Source: Candidatus Nanoarchaeia archaeon
GTDB lineage: Archaea; Nanobdellota; Nanobdellia; Woesearchaeales; GW2011-AR9
NCBI GenBank assembly: GCA_035291085.1
Contig: DATDTA010000145.1
Location: 193 to 64,192 of the forward strand
DNA length: 64,000 bases
Direction: 5' to 3'
Shown in pieces: positions 37,472 to 47,500 of the stretch. Both the position numbers and the translations under genes were made by a program. Position 1 is the stretch's first letter. The number at the start of each line of letters is the position of its first letter. The notes beneath the pieces are model-generated. The model searched no databases and was not told the origin of the DNA. It worked only from the letters and a program-made list of their open reading frames with translations.

Positions 37472-38968
37472 CTATGCTGCCCCCTTTTTGCGCAGTATCA
37501 TCACATATTTCTTGATTTCTGCAAGATCGATCAGCTTGAGCAGGTATGCTGCCAATAGATATAACGCCGTTCCCGCTGTCGCCAGCAGCACGATTTGTAC
37601 CCAAGATGGAAAAGGAAGGAATTTCTTGAACACAACTCCGACCACCGCCAAGATCACCCCGGCAACCATATGCTTTGGCCAGAACCATTTTGGAATCCCA
37701 AAAGATAAATAAGGAGCCACCCCAGCGCTGAAAAGGAATAGCCCCAGGCCGAAACTCAGGGTGTTAGCCAAAGCTGCACCAGTTATTCCAAACGAAGGGA
37801 TTAAGATAAGATTCGCCACGACATTGGCGACGGCTATAACAATAATGATCTTAGCCACGTCTTTCGGCCTGCCTAAGGCGATGAGCGCGCCTTGATATAT
37901 TCCAGCTACCACAAATAGCAGCATCCCGACTATCAAAATCTGCAATGACGGCGTTCCTGAAAGATATTCAGATCCAAAGAAGAGCTTGATGAAAAAATCA
38001 GAAAAAATAAGGATGCATAATGAAGGAGGTACAAAGATGATTAAAGTATATTTTATGAGCATCCGCAGGCCTTCGGTCAGACGGAGCAAGTCTTTATTCA
38101 TCCAAAACTTGACCATCATGGGAAAGGTTGCCTCCGTCAACGCGCTCCCGAAGAATAATAACATGGTAGCAGAGGAGTAGATGACATTGTATATTCCCAC
38201 TTGGGCTAGATCAGAAAAATAAGTGAGCATGAGCGTGTCAATGTCACCAATAAATTTACCCGCCAATGAGCTGGCGAACAAAGGCAGCCCGAAGTAGAGC
38301 AACTCTTTCGACACCGGCCAGAAGTCAACTACTTTATGCTTAAAGAAAGGAAACGTCTTCAGCAAAAAAGGCAGCAGAATCAGGGCCATCAGGAAAAAAG
38401 TAAGGATGTTGGCCCAGGCCGGGGCGTAGATGCCTAAACCAAGATACAGAAACATCATCAGCAAAAGGAAAGTAATGGCATTATTCATGAATTCCATCAC
38501 TGAATATACCTTGATGTTCTGAAATCCATTAAAGATGCTGCGGTAAAGGCGATAGAGCAGGCTTCCGAAAACATACAACAATAAGATTCTCAAAAGCATA
38601 ATCGCCCTGGAATCTTTGAAGTAATGCTCGGCCAAAAAGCCGGAAGCAAAAAATACTACTCCCGCAAAAAGTAGTGAGCTGATCATCTGAATTGTGAACG
38701 CAGAAACGATCACTGTCTTAAGATGATGGTGCCTCCCTTGCACCTGAAATTGAGGAATGAATTTCACTAAAGCCGACCCCAATCCCAAGTCCTTAAGAAA
38801 AAGAAAAAAGAGTATGAAAGTAAAGACCGCATAATACAGCCCATAATCAGCAGGCTGCAGGGTTCGGGCCAAGATAATTTTTCCGGCATACGCGATTGCT
38901 GAAGCGATCGTGGTCATCAACAACAAAAAACCGGTACCAAAGACAGCTTTTTTCGTGTAATTAGCCAT
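37472..38968 (-). CDS. Wzx-like oligosaccharide/polysaccharide flippase (MOP superfamily).
   Basis: 498 aa, 12-14 hydrophobic helices, polysaccharide-biosynthesis-protein-like N-terminus MANYTKKAVFGTGFLLLMT. Confidence 0.7.
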   Translation of the reverse strand: MANYTKKAVFGTGFLLLMTTIASAIAYAGKIILARTLQPADYGLYYAVFTFILFFLFLKDLGLGSALVKFIPQFQVQGRHHHLKTVIVSAFTIQMISSLLFAGVVFFASGFLAEHYFKDSRAIMLLRILLLYVFGSLLYRLYRSIFNGFQNIKVYSVMEFMNNAITFLLLMMFLYLGLGIYAPAWANILTFFLMALILLPFLLKTFPFFKHKVVDFWPVSKELLYFGLPLFASSLAGKFIGDIDTLMLTYFSDLAQVGIYNVIYSSATMLLFFGSALTEATFPMMVKFWMNKDLLRLTEGLRMLIKYTLIIFVPPSLCILIFSDFFIKLFFGSEYLSGTPSLQILIVGMLLFVVAGIYQGALIALGRPKDVAKIIIVIAVANVVANLILIPSFGITGAALANTLSFGLGLFLFSAGVAPYLSFGIPKWFWPKHMVAGVILAVVGVVFKKFLPFPSWVQIVLLATAGTALYLLAAYLLKLIDLAEIKKYVMILRKKGAA

Positions 38969-39135
38969 TATTCACGACAGGAAGATAAGATTACGCTTTT
39001 TAAAATTAATGATACTGAGATTTTTTAAAATAGCATTGAATAATATTGGAATAAAGCTCAGAACACCCGACTTTAATACCACAACCATTATAAAGAAAAT
39101 CCCAGGCAGTGGTTGGATAAAATAAGACTGTAACA

Positions 39136-40812
39136 ATGAAAGAGATAGACGATTTTCTACGTAACTGGACTACCAAAAAAAAATGGCGAGGAAAAAAGAT
39201 AGATGAAATCCTGCAGATCGATGGCATCCCGTTATGGTCTTTTTACCATCGTTCATTTACTTCCCATGTCATGCCAAAACACTTAAACACCTTTCCGTTG
39301 CTAGAAAAAAAAAAATCATTGACTAAGACTACCGAAATCTTCCTAGCCGCCAAGGCAGCGATGCTGCGAAAATATCTTCTCTGGAATGAACAGAAAAAAA
39401 TACATTCCATAGTAAAAAAAGAGAAAAATGGGGAAAACCAGCCTGCGGCCAGCGCTGATAAGGAAAACGATGATAAGGAAAAAATACTCTTCTTAAGCTA
39501 TACTGACCATCTTACTTCCCAGGGAACTGTTTTTCGCATCCAGCCACTGATCGATAAAATAAAAAAAGATGGTATCTGCCAACCTTTCTTACTTCTCGCT
39601 AATCCACTATCCAGCGCTAAGCATAAAAAATTGCAACGGCAAGGCGCAAAGCAAAACACGATATACCAATACTATAGCCCAGAAATAGAAATTTTCGCAA
39701 AAGAAAAAAGCGCCACTCTCTCACAAGCATGGAAAGATATTCCTGAAGCAGTGAAAAATGAATTTTTTACCTTAGAAGAACAGAACATATGGCCGTACTT
39801 AAAACCAGCTTTCTCTTTCTTTTTCTCCCCAGAAATGATTTATGTGACAGCATTATATTATGAAATAGCTAAAAAAATACTGCGGCAGGAAAAAATAAGA
39901 ACGGTAGTGCTGACTTCTCAAAGCGGGTTTTTTGAGAAATGTTTTCTTGCTGCTGCAGCCGTTCAAAATACTACTCAAAATAAAAGTAAAGCGAAAATCC
40001 CCGTGTTCCAGATACAGCACGGCATCGGGTCTGGTGCCTTGGACACATCGTATGCAACTAAGCGTTTGATCTTCAGTGATTTCCACAAGAAGGAGCTCCT
40101 CACTGTCGGGGTTGATGAGGAAAATATCTTCATAACCGGACCGATTATTTTTGATGAGATGCATCATTATAAAAAAACAATCTCACCCCTAAATCAAGCA
40201 ACACTGGAGAAGCAGCGCCTACTGATAATAACATCTGCTTTTATCGAAGATAATCTCACCACTAAAGAGCAGTATTTTAGACGAATAGAACGCCTCTTGG
40301 CCGAATCAAAAAATATCCCGAACTTAGAGATAATTTTTAAATTACATCCTCGGGAAAAACATCTTCGGGAATACCAAAAGACGTTGCAGCGTCAAGGAAT
40401 GCAAGCGAAGATTCTGCAGCACATCTCTCGAGAAGAATTCTACCGGGTGCTGCAGAACAGTACCGCAGTGATAAATTTTGGCTCCACTGCCGGTTTCGAA
40501 GCCATCCTGTTCGACAAGCCACTACTTACGATAGACATTGCCGACTTGCGTCTTAACCCAAAACGCGATACTTATTGCCTGTTGATTCTTGAAAATGATG
40601 CAGGGATAAATATTCCTTATCGAGAAGACCTTGCTCACCATCTTTGCTCCTTGCTAGAAGATGCGGGGTGGAAACCTCAGCGCCAAGACTTCATCAGTAA
40701 ATATTGTTACAAGAACGACGGGAAAGCTTCGGAAAGATCCGCTGAGATAATTTATTCCTCGCTGGGGTATAAATACCCCGCTGCTCTGCAGCGATTAGCG
40801 AGGAATGATTGA
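39136..40812 (+). CDS. Putative GT-B-like polyol-phosphate/capsule transferase (TagF/KpsC-like C-terminal half). Function uncertain.
   Basis: C-terminal region with FKLHPREKH and INFGSTAGFEAILFDKPLL resembles CDP-glycerol glycerophosphotransferase-type motifs. The N-terminal 250 aa are unassigned. Confidence 0.35.
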   Translation: MKEIDDFLRNWTTKKKWRGKKIDEILQIDGIPLWSFYHRSFTSHVMPKHLNTFPLLEKKKSLTKTTEIFLAAKAAMLRKYLLWNEQKKIHSIVKKEKNGENQPAASADKENDDKEKILFLSYTDHLTSQGTVFRIQPLIDKIKKDGICQPFLLLANPLSSAKHKKLQRQGAKQNTIYQYYSPEIEIFAKEKSATLSQAWKDIPEAVKNEFFTLEEQNIWPYLKPAFSFFFSPEMIYVTALYYEIAKKILRQEKIRTVVLTSQSGFFEKCFLAAAAVQNTTQNKSKAKIPVFQIQHGIGSGALDTSYATKRLIFSDFHKKELLTVGVDEENIFITGPIIFDEMHHYKKTISPLNQATLEKQRLLIITSAFIEDNLTTKEQYFRRIERLLAESKNIPNLEIIFKLHPREKHLREYQKTLQRQGMQAKILQHISREEFYRVLQNSTAVINFGSTAGFEAILFDKPLLTIDIADLRLNPKRDTYCLLILENDAGINIPYREDLAHHLCSLLEDAGWKPQRQDFISKYCYKNDGKASERSAEIIYSSLGYKYPAALQRLARND

Positions 40813-40871
40813 AAATCCGTCTTGAAGATTTGCGTAATACATGAAAAAAGAAAACTATCTTTTTTCAGTAC

Positions 40872-40897
40872 TGAAAACCAATAGTTTTTGGTTTTCA
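40872..40897. terminator. Bidirectional terminator-like hairpin between convergent genes.
   Basis: TGAAAACCAA-TAGTTT-TTGGTTTTCA, a perfect 10-bp stem, flanked by a T-run (40859-40864) on one side and an A/T-rich tract on the other. Confidence 0.5.
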
Positions 40898-41027
40898 TGT
40901 ACCTCACAGCTCTGCTGTGGTTGGGATAGCAAATCTTAGGATTTTCATTTTATTCTTTAATTAAACCAAGGGGGCTTAATAAAAACTTAAGAGAGTAAGA
41001 GATTAATAGAAAACTGCAAGCTCTCAA

Positions 41028-44000
41028 TCAGGCTTTTTGTAGTAATCCTTTCTCTAGCAAGATCTCAGCATGTTCCAGGATGACGTTGAAGGGACGTTTA
41101 GAACGGACTGCGATGTCCAATAAGCTATGCTCGCCATCAGATAAATTCAGTATCCATAAAAAGCATTCTTGAGAGAGAGAAGTATTACGTTGCGCTCCGC
41201 GTAAGGCATATAATCCTCTTCGTCCTAGTTGCGGCTCACCCTTCGGGTTGGTGTTGATATAGAGTTCATTATGCTCCAATACTTCTAAAACTTCTAAATA
41301 TCGTGATAAAGAAGCAGCTAAATGTTCTGGTTTTACAAAATCAAGATCATCGGCGGAGGTATGATACTGAGGAAAACTGGTATAATGGCTGCGCATCAGC
41401 GATCCTACCGGAAGATTAAAGCCTGGAGAACAGAACTGCCGCTCATCGCTTCCAGTCGGGAAAAAATCTAAGATTTGATACGGTTCATTAGAATCACGCA
41501 GTATTTTTTCCGCAACCTGATCTATCAGAGCATCTCCCCGTCTGCTTTTTTTGTAACTTACTGGTCCTGGACCGCCTACGCAGGTCGCTACCAATCCGTG
41601 TTTTATCTTACCTATATTCCGTTCATTCCGCGCCAGCCAAGTGATCGCGCCGATAGTCTCGGGGATGAATAAAAACCGGTAAGAATAATAATTTGAGCAA
41701 CGTGACTGTAATTCCTTGATAAGCTGGGTAAGAAGCACTACTCCACTGAGATTATCATTGCACATGGAAGGGTGGCAAACATAACAAGTAAGCAACACTT
41801 CTTCAGGATTTTTTCCAGGTAGAAACATCTCGCCGTAGGTAAGGGATCCTTCAGTCAGGCTGCTTTCTATCACTGCCTCATATTGATCTTCTGGTAAAGC
41901 TTCTAGTTCTCTGTGGGTTAAGCAAAAACCCCAATCTTCTTTATAGTAAGAAGTAGAATATGGTATCCAATCGGGATGTTCTGGAAGAGTGTGAAGGTGC
42001 TTCTTTAATTCTTCTAACCCCATCTTCTGGTGCACCGGGATGCTGTAGCTTACCACATGGATATTGCTTCTTTGAAAATCAATAACTTTAACCCCTTTAG
42101 AATTTAGGACATAGGCATCCTTGATATTCCATTCTTTAGGCACAGTCCAGTCAAATACTTTTGTTCCCGTCGGAACTTCAAAGACTTCTAAAGTGGGAAG
42201 ATGCTCTTTAATTATTTGCAAGGTTTCTCTGACTCCTTTGCCAGTAATGCTTCGGCAAATAGGAAAGAGCCGCTGCATCAAAGCATACATTTCTGTTCCA
42301 ACTCCTTTTTCTATATCTTTTTCTTTTACCCATTTTTCTACTCCCGAGCCTGCGCTTTCCACTTCTTCTGCTCTTTCAATGAATTTCTTTTTCCGCAGAA
42401 GATATCCTTCTACATAGATATTATCCAGTTGAACATCCTCTACCGAAATAATTTCTTCCGCAATTTCTATCGGTTTCATCACGATCGGCTTGCCGTGGAT
42501 GTTTAAGGAAGTATTTAGCACTGCTCCAATCCCGGTCTTCCGCTCGAATGCCTTGATAATTTTATAATATAAAGGATTCGATTCCGGTTCTACCCGCTGC
42601 GGTCTGGCCGTTTTATCAAAAGGGTGGATTGCTGCCGCTAAATGCTTTCTGCCTAAAGGAGTGGTATCAAAACCGATAGTCATGTAAGAGCAGTTGATTT
42701 GCTTCGGATTTATGACATAATCGGAGATTCTTTCCGTCAAAATAGAGGGAGTGAAAGGCATCCAAAAATCGCGCTGCTTAATTGCTTCATTAATTTTGGC
42801 GACTGCTTGCTGGTCGCTGGGATTAGCTAGAATCGATCTATGCCCCAGGGCACGCGGCCCAAATTCCATCCGCCCCTGGAATACAGCACAAATTTCTCCT
42901 GCGGCTAGAAGCTGAGCTATATCGTCTGCGCTCGCGTTGGCAATTATGTCATAACGCTCTTGAATGAGAGGATGATTCAACAATTGTTCTATTTCTGTCT
43001 TTGATGCTTCATTTCCTAGGTACGCATGGGTAAGCGTAGGGATATTTTTATAATTCAGCTGATCTAACTTCAGCCGATCTAACAACACATACGCCGAACC
43101 AATAGATAGGGATTCATCTCCTGCTCCAGGGGGAATATACAGAGAGTCGACCATTTCTAATTCCGCCAGGCGTTTATTTATCTTGATGTTTAATGCTAGA
43201 CCTCCACTTATCACGACGTCTTTTATCCCTGTTTCTTTGATACAATTAGAAACCCATTTTACCATCAGCTCTTCAGCAAAATCCTGCACCCCGCCGGCAA
43301 TGCCATCAAATCGGCATCCTTTCAACTTTTCTTGAAAATATTTGAAGAAATCAGTCATTTCAGGATTTCTTTTGAATTTTAATCCCTCCACGTCTAGACA
43401 TTCCATAAAGACTTTGAACGGCCTTTCTTTTTCATAACCTCTAGAGTATGGAGCCAAACCCATCACTTTATACTCATGCTCGTGCGGTTTCATTCCTAAT
43501 AATAGAGTAATACTACTATACATTTTAGCAATCACGTTATCATGAGCTCTGTGGATACATTCATGCTTCCCATTCCTAAATACATTAACCGTTTCATACG
43601 TTCCATCCCCTCCCGCATCAGCAGTCAACACTAAGAAATCTTTTTTCTGCGTACGCAGGGGATTAGTGTAATATCCGAAATAAGCGTGAGATAGATGATG
43701 GTCAACAAAGATTACTCTCTCCGAGGGCAGATTAAAATAGGTTTCAATATACTCCCTCCGAACGATACTGGTCATCTCTTTGGCTTCTTCATTTAACTCT
43801 CGGTTAAACGCAAAGGGAATATTCTGCAAAGGATAGTAATTCCCCCCTTTTGCTTTATGATGTGGGAATACATCTGCTAACTTTATATCTTTTTTATCAT
43901 AAATCACCGGCTGCCAATATTTTTCTTCTAGGGTATAATGGTCCCTGATATTCATGCTGGTGATTAAATTATGCAGATTAGCACAACTTACTTGCTGATT

Positions 44001-44204
44001 GCCGATGGTAACATAATCTACTTCTTCAATAGTGATTCCTGCAATTTCCAAACATTTCTCTATGGCGCGCTTAGGAAATCCGCCCCTGTTTTTTACTCTT
44101 TGAAGTCTTTCTTCAGAAATAGCGCAGACTAATTCTCCATTCTTAATCACACAAGCAGAAGCATCGTGAGAATCATTTATTCCAACTACAATTAATGGTT
44201 TCAT
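41028..44204 (-). CDS. Fusion: NodU/CmcH carbamoyltransferase (about aa 1-600) joined to a C-terminal aminopeptidase-like (M28-like, DUF4910-type) domain with a terminal winged-helix.
   Basis: N-terminus MKPLIVVGINDSHDASACVIKNGELVCAISEERLQRV. The C-terminal half has CHPSMCNDNLSGVV, a YHTSADDLDF metal-binding-like block and a terminal wHTH-like LLDIAVRSKRPFNVILEHAEILLEKGLL. Confidence 0.75.
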   Translation of the reverse strand: MKPLIVVGINDSHDASACVIKNGELVCAISEERLQRVKNRGGFPKRAIEKCLEIAGITIEEVDYVTIGNQQVSCANLHNLITSMNIRDHYTLEEKYWQPVIYDKKDIKLADVFPHHKAKGGNYYPLQNIPFAFNRELNEEAKEMTSIVRREYIETYFNLPSERVIFVDHHLSHAYFGYYTNPLRTQKKDFLVLTADAGGDGTYETVNVFRNGKHECIHRAHDNVIAKMYSSITLLLGMKPHEHEYKVMGLAPYSRGYEKERPFKVFMECLDVEGLKFKRNPEMTDFFKYFQEKLKGCRFDGIAGGVQDFAEELMVKWVSNCIKETGIKDVVISGGLALNIKINKRLAELEMVDSLYIPPGAGDESLSIGSAYVLLDRLKLDQLNYKNIPTLTHAYLGNEASKTEIEQLLNHPLIQERYDIIANASADDIAQLLAAGEICAVFQGRMEFGPRALGHRSILANPSDQQAVAKINEAIKQRDFWMPFTPSILTERISDYVINPKQINCSYMTIGFDTTPLGRKHLAAAIHPFDKTARPQRVEPESNPLYYKIIKAFERKTGIGAVLNTSLNIHGKPIVMKPIEIAEEIISVEDVQLDNIYVEGYLLRKKKFIERAEEVESAGSGVEKWVKEKDIEKGVGTEMYALMQRLFPICRSITGKGVRETLQIIKEHLPTLEVFEVPTGTKVFDWTVPKEWNIKDAYVLNSKGVKVIDFQRSNIHVVSYSIPVHQKMGLEELKKHLHTLPEHPDWIPYSTSYYKEDWGFCLTHRELEALPEDQYEAVIESSLTEGSLTYGEMFLPGKNPEEVLLTCYVCHPSMCNDNLSGVVLLTQLIKELQSRCSNYYSYRFLFIPETIGAITWLARNERNIGKIKHGLVATCVGGPGPVSYKKSRRGDALIDQVAEKILRDSNEPYQILDFFPTGSDERQFCSPGFNLPVGSLMRSHYTSFPQYHTSADDLDFVKPEHLAASLSRYLEVLEVLEHNELYINTNPKGEPQLGRRGLYALRGAQRNTSLSQECFLWILNLSDGEHSLLDIAVRSKRPFNVILEHAEILLEKGLLQKA

Positions 44205-45424
44205 CTTTTATCTCCACGGAAAAAGTTAATGTCTTTATCCAATTGCTTAAAAGCCTCATTATATAATACTTCAGTATCAGCAAGCAATAGCTTTCCATTT
44301 CCAATTTTAACTTTATTAATCAATTTATTCTCTAATAGATATTTCTCAAATAAGGAAGCATCATAAACTACATTCTCATCTAAATTCCTAACGAAATAAG
44401 TGCAGGAATCTTTGAACTCTCTTCCAAAAATTCTAAGCGTTCCTTCAAAAGTTTTCATATACCTGTAAGGAACACCATAGCTTTGCTCTACGTAATGCAT
44501 GAAGGTTGCTGATTGAAATTTAGCTCCAAAGAATAAAATTTTGGCTTTTTCTTTATGCAGTTTTCCGAATATGGAATCTTTTCCAAAACAATCAGCTTCC
44601 ACATTTTTAAACTTCTTCTTATCCTTGCCAAAGATTGCAGCTGAAAAAATCGGATGTATTGTTCTTCCAGGCTTTTCAAAATTCCTAAAATGTTCAGATA
44701 ATACTCCTACGGTAGATGGCGAAAATTCCGGATCATAAACCTGATTATGGCAGTAGCTGTAAGTAAAAGTGGGCATAATAATTGTTCCATTTCCTACACT
44801 TTCTTTTAAAGCTTCAATTAAACTATTTAATAATGAGTTCCTATTTCCTCCAGACAGCTTTCCAAACACAGAAATATCGCTGTGAACAAAAATGGAATCT
44901 CCTTTATTTACCCCAACTTTCTTTAAAGCTTCAACAAAATCTTGATAGTAAAGCTTGTCTTCTCCAAAAATAAATAACGGGTTTTTTTCATAAGTTATAG
45001 GAAGAATTTGCACCGTCCCTGTTCCTTTAAACACGCATTCGCCATTTTCCCTATACATTTTAGTTGAAATCTCCACAAAATGGGTAGAATTACTTTTCCC
45101 CATCACTTCTCCTATTACTTTTATCTTATCTCCAATAAAATAAGGCTTGATATATTTGGCATCCTGTTTAATGCAGATGGAACTCCCCCCCGGTAAATGT
45201 TCTCCGTATAACGTAGACAGCAATGAAGTTAACATAAATCCATAGCCTATCTGCCGCCGATACTCCGTCTGAGAAAAATAATTCTTATCCCAATGAATCG
45301 GACTATAATCATCAACTAATCCTGCAAACAGTTTATGTTTCTGCAGATCTATTTCCATCTCAAATCCTGCTTTCTGGCCAACTGCTATTTCTGAGAATGC
45401 CCACGCTTTATTTCGATGTTTCAT
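44201..45424 (-). CDS. Fusion: MaoC-like hotdog (R-hydratase) domain joined to an AAC(3)-family (Antibiotic_NAT-like) N-acyltransferase domain.
   Basis: N-terminal YSPIHWDKNYF (MaoC dehydratase signature region). C-terminal FVHSDISVFGKL and TIIMPTFTYS match the conserved aminoglycoside 3-N-acetyltransferase blocks. Confidence 0.6.
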   Translation of the reverse strand: MKHRNKAWAFSEIAVGQKAGFEMEIDLQKHKLFAGLVDDYSPIHWDKNYFSQTEYRRQIGYGFMLTSLLSTLYGEHLPGGSSICIKQDAKYIKPYFIGDKIKVIGEVMGKSNSTHFVEISTKMYRENGECVFKGTGTVQILPITYEKNPLFIFGEDKLYYQDFVEALKKVGVNKGDSIFVHSDISVFGKLSGGNRNSLLNSLIEALKESVGNGTIIMPTFTYSYCHNQVYDPEFSPSTVGVLSEHFRNFEKPGRTIHPIFSAAIFGKDKKKFKNVEADCFGKDSIFGKLHKEKAKILFFGAKFQSATFMHYVEQSYGVPYRYMKTFEGTLRIFGREFKDSCTYFVRNLDENVVYDASLFEKYLLENKLINKVKIGNGKLLLADTEVLYNEAFKQLDKDINFFRGDKR

Positions 45425-45497
45425 TTGTTTACGATGTCTCTTAATTTTAGTATCATAAACATTGAAAATACCTGATTAATCCTGCAATTATGTATTT

Positions 45498-45725
45498 TCA
45501 TTTTCTGCTTACAATTTCACATAAATCTTTGAAAGTAATTATTTGATCAATCTCTTCCAGAGTAAATTCCAGATTCACTTTCCTTTCAATCTCAGCAATC
45601 AAAGCCAGATGATTGAATGAATCCCATTCAGAATTATTCTTGCGGGAAAAATTATCATCTATCTGATCAACCGAAATTTCCATTACTTCCGATATTATTT
45701 TTTTTAGCTGTTCCATTTTATTCAT
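45498..45725 (-). CDS. Acyl carrier protein (stand-alone).
   Basis: 75 aa. EWDSFNHLALIAEIE has Ser in the DSx phosphopantetheine-attachment context, with acidic helices. Confidence 0.7.
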   Translation of the reverse strand: MNKMEQLKKIISEVMEISVDQIDDNFSRKNNSEWDSFNHLALIAEIERKVNLEFTLEEIDQIITFKDLCEIVSRK

Positions 45726-46458
45726 AGATTATGTAAGACTGTAAAGGACTCAACACGCTTCTTTGAATTTTGAATTTATCCAATCCAAAAACTTCTTTTA
45801 AAGCAATAGTTTCTCCTGGACATTCCTTATAATTTAATTCATCGAAACCAATTATAGACCCTTTAGTTAGATGTCCTTTAATTAATTTTAAACACTCCTT
45901 AGTGGGCTGATAAATGTCCATGTCAAAATAAACTAAAGAAATAATAGTGTGAGGATTTTCTTGTAAATATTTTTTAAGAGTAATACTCGCATCTCCTTTT
46001 ATAATTTCAAATTTTTTAATATGAGGAATGGGGCTTTCTGATTCATGAAAATCTAAAATCTGTTTTAAATATTCTTCATATCCATGAGTAACCGAATAAT
46101 CACCGGTTTTCATTTGATGATCATTCTCGCTTACCATAGGAAAGCCTTCAAAAGTGTCAAACCCTACAATTTTTCGATTGTAATTGAATGGCTCTAACAT
46201 ACCTCTAAAATTAGAAAATAAGGCTAGGTTATGCCCCCATCTAACTCCTAATTCTATTACTATTCCGTGAGTTTCCAAAGATTTCTGATAAAGCTCATAC
46301 ATAAATAAAATTCTGGACATAGTTCTTCGATTAATGAATAACCCCAAATTGCCTAATAATTCCTGTTCCGGAATGGGTGTATTTTTAAATAACTGGAAGA
46401 ATTTTTCTCTATTAATCCTCTCTTGATTAGAGGTTCTTTCAATAGTATTAAAGTCCAT
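45718..46458 (-). CDS. TylF/MycF-family (macrocin O-methyltransferase-like) class I SAM methyltransferase.
   Basis: GIVIELGVRWGHNL (ExGxxxG), FDTFEGFP, YFDMDIYQPT (metal-binding DxDxY). Confidence 0.7.
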   Translation of the reverse strand: MDFNTIERTSNQERINREKFFQLFKNTPIPEQELLGNLGLFINRRTMSRILFMYELYQKSLETHGIVIELGVRWGHNLALFSNFRGMLEPFNYNRKIVGFDTFEGFPMVSENDHQMKTGDYSVTHGYEEYLKQILDFHESESPIPHIKKFEIIKGDASITLKKYLQENPHTIISLVYFDMDIYQPTKECLKLIKGHLTKGSIIGFDELNYKECPGETIALKEVFGLDKFKIQRSVLSPLQSYIIYE

Positions 46459-46496
46459 TTTACCATTAAATTTTAGCTAGAATCTGTTTAAAAATG

Positions 46497-46516
46497 TTTT
46501 GGTCTACTGTTCTTTT
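46497..46516. promoter_or_regulatory. 17-nt motif TGGTCTACTGTTCTTTT about 40 nt upstream of TylF-like methyltransferase 1. A second copy lies at 48331-48350 upstream of TylF-like methyltransferase 2.
   Basis: Identical 17-mer read in both locations. Both copies lie 5' of paralogous minus-strand methyltransferase genes. Confidence 0.45.
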
Positions 46517-46519
46517 ACA

Positions 46520-46747
46520 CTAAAAAAGCCAGCCTTGGCATGAATGGATGGTCCTGGCTTTTTGGTGCCTAAAGATGTGTTTTAATCCGGCATCTAAACA
46601 GACTTTATTCTCAAACCAGCTTATATCAAATCCATTTACAATCAACCTTCCAGCAAAAAGAGATACTGACTGGCCATATTGTTCGCTATTAAATTTCTCC
46701 CAAAGAGAGTGATAAATTTCACTGAGCTTTGCCTCGCTTTCTTTCAT
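46520..46747 (-). CDS. Small hypothetical ORF 6 nt downstream of the dioxygenase gene.
   Basis: 75-aa ORF on the same strand, tightly spaced. No motif recognised. It overlaps a hairpin-like sequence at 46530-46560. Confidence 0.25.
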   Translation of the reverse strand: MKESEAKLSEIYHSLWEKFNSEQYGQSVSLFAGRLIVNGFDISWFENKVCLDAGLKHIFRHQKARTIHSCQGWLF

Positions 46748-46752
46748 AGAGA

Positions 46753-47487
46753 TTAATTTTTTTTATCAACAAGAATTGAAATTTCGATGCTGACTCTAGT
46801 TCTATCATTAGTTCCAACAACCCCGGCATGCAGGAGCTTATCATGGAAGATAATAATATCTCCTGGGTTTGTGGGGATAACTGTTGCTTTATCAGAAACA
46901 TCTTTTACTGTTGTAGCTTTCCCATATTCTCCAATAGTAAATTCATACTCTTGTTTTTGAGAATGAGGAACAACCATTAATCCAGCTTTTCCCGGCTCGC
47001 AGTAAACGGCTATCCAGGCTTTTAACATTTGCTTGCCTTTAGGCAGACTATATTTGGAACGCTGCCAGAACCAATAATCTGCATGCATGAGGGCAGCATC
47101 ACTTTTTTCAAATGGTCTAACTAAACGCCAATAAATATCTTCTCTTCCTAAATGCCCATTAACCGGACATAAGTCTGTTGCAGAAAATTCTCCTAATACT
47201 TTGCTTAATACCGAAAAGATAGAAAATTTTTTGATTGCATCCACCTGCTCTTTAGAAAAAATTCTAACTGGTTTTGGCCAGGCTTCACTATGATTAATCA
47301 TGTGCGCACTTTTATGATATTCTTCAATAGGACAGTTTAGGAATAAAGAGTAATTATCTTGATATTTGTTCTTAAGATTATCATGATAACTTTTGTTAAT
47401 AAAATTACGGATAGTTGCCAGTTCAGATGTGGATAATTTTAAGTTGGTAATAAAACCGGTTCCTTCATTAAGTTCATTCATAACCAT
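46753..47487 (-). CDS. PhyH-like Fe(II)/2-oxoglutarate-dependent dioxygenase.
   Basis: LMHADYWF (HxD facial triad) and a distal FHDKLLHAG (second His). 244 aa. Confidence 0.6.
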   Translation of the reverse strand: MVMNELNEGTGFITNLKLSTSELATIRNFINKSYHDNLKNKYQDNYSLFLNCPIEEYHKSAHMINHSEAWPKPVRIFSKEQVDAIKKFSIFSVLSKVLGEFSATDLCPVNGHLGREDIYWRLVRPFEKSDAALMHADYWFWQRSKYSLPKGKQMLKAWIAVYCEPGKAGLMVVPHSQKQEYEFTIGEYGKATTVKDVSDKATVIPTNPGDIIIFHDKLLHAGVVGTNDRTRVSIEISILVDKKN

Positions 47488-47500
47488 CTAAACCACCGTT

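Noticed and set aside
46530-46560. Terminator-like hairpin (AGCCAG...CTGGCT followed by a T-run) downstream of the dioxygenase.
   Set aside because: The stem is imperfect (about 6 bp), and the sequence is also covered by a tightly spaced 75-aa ORF on the same strand. It cannot be assigned confidently as a terminator.
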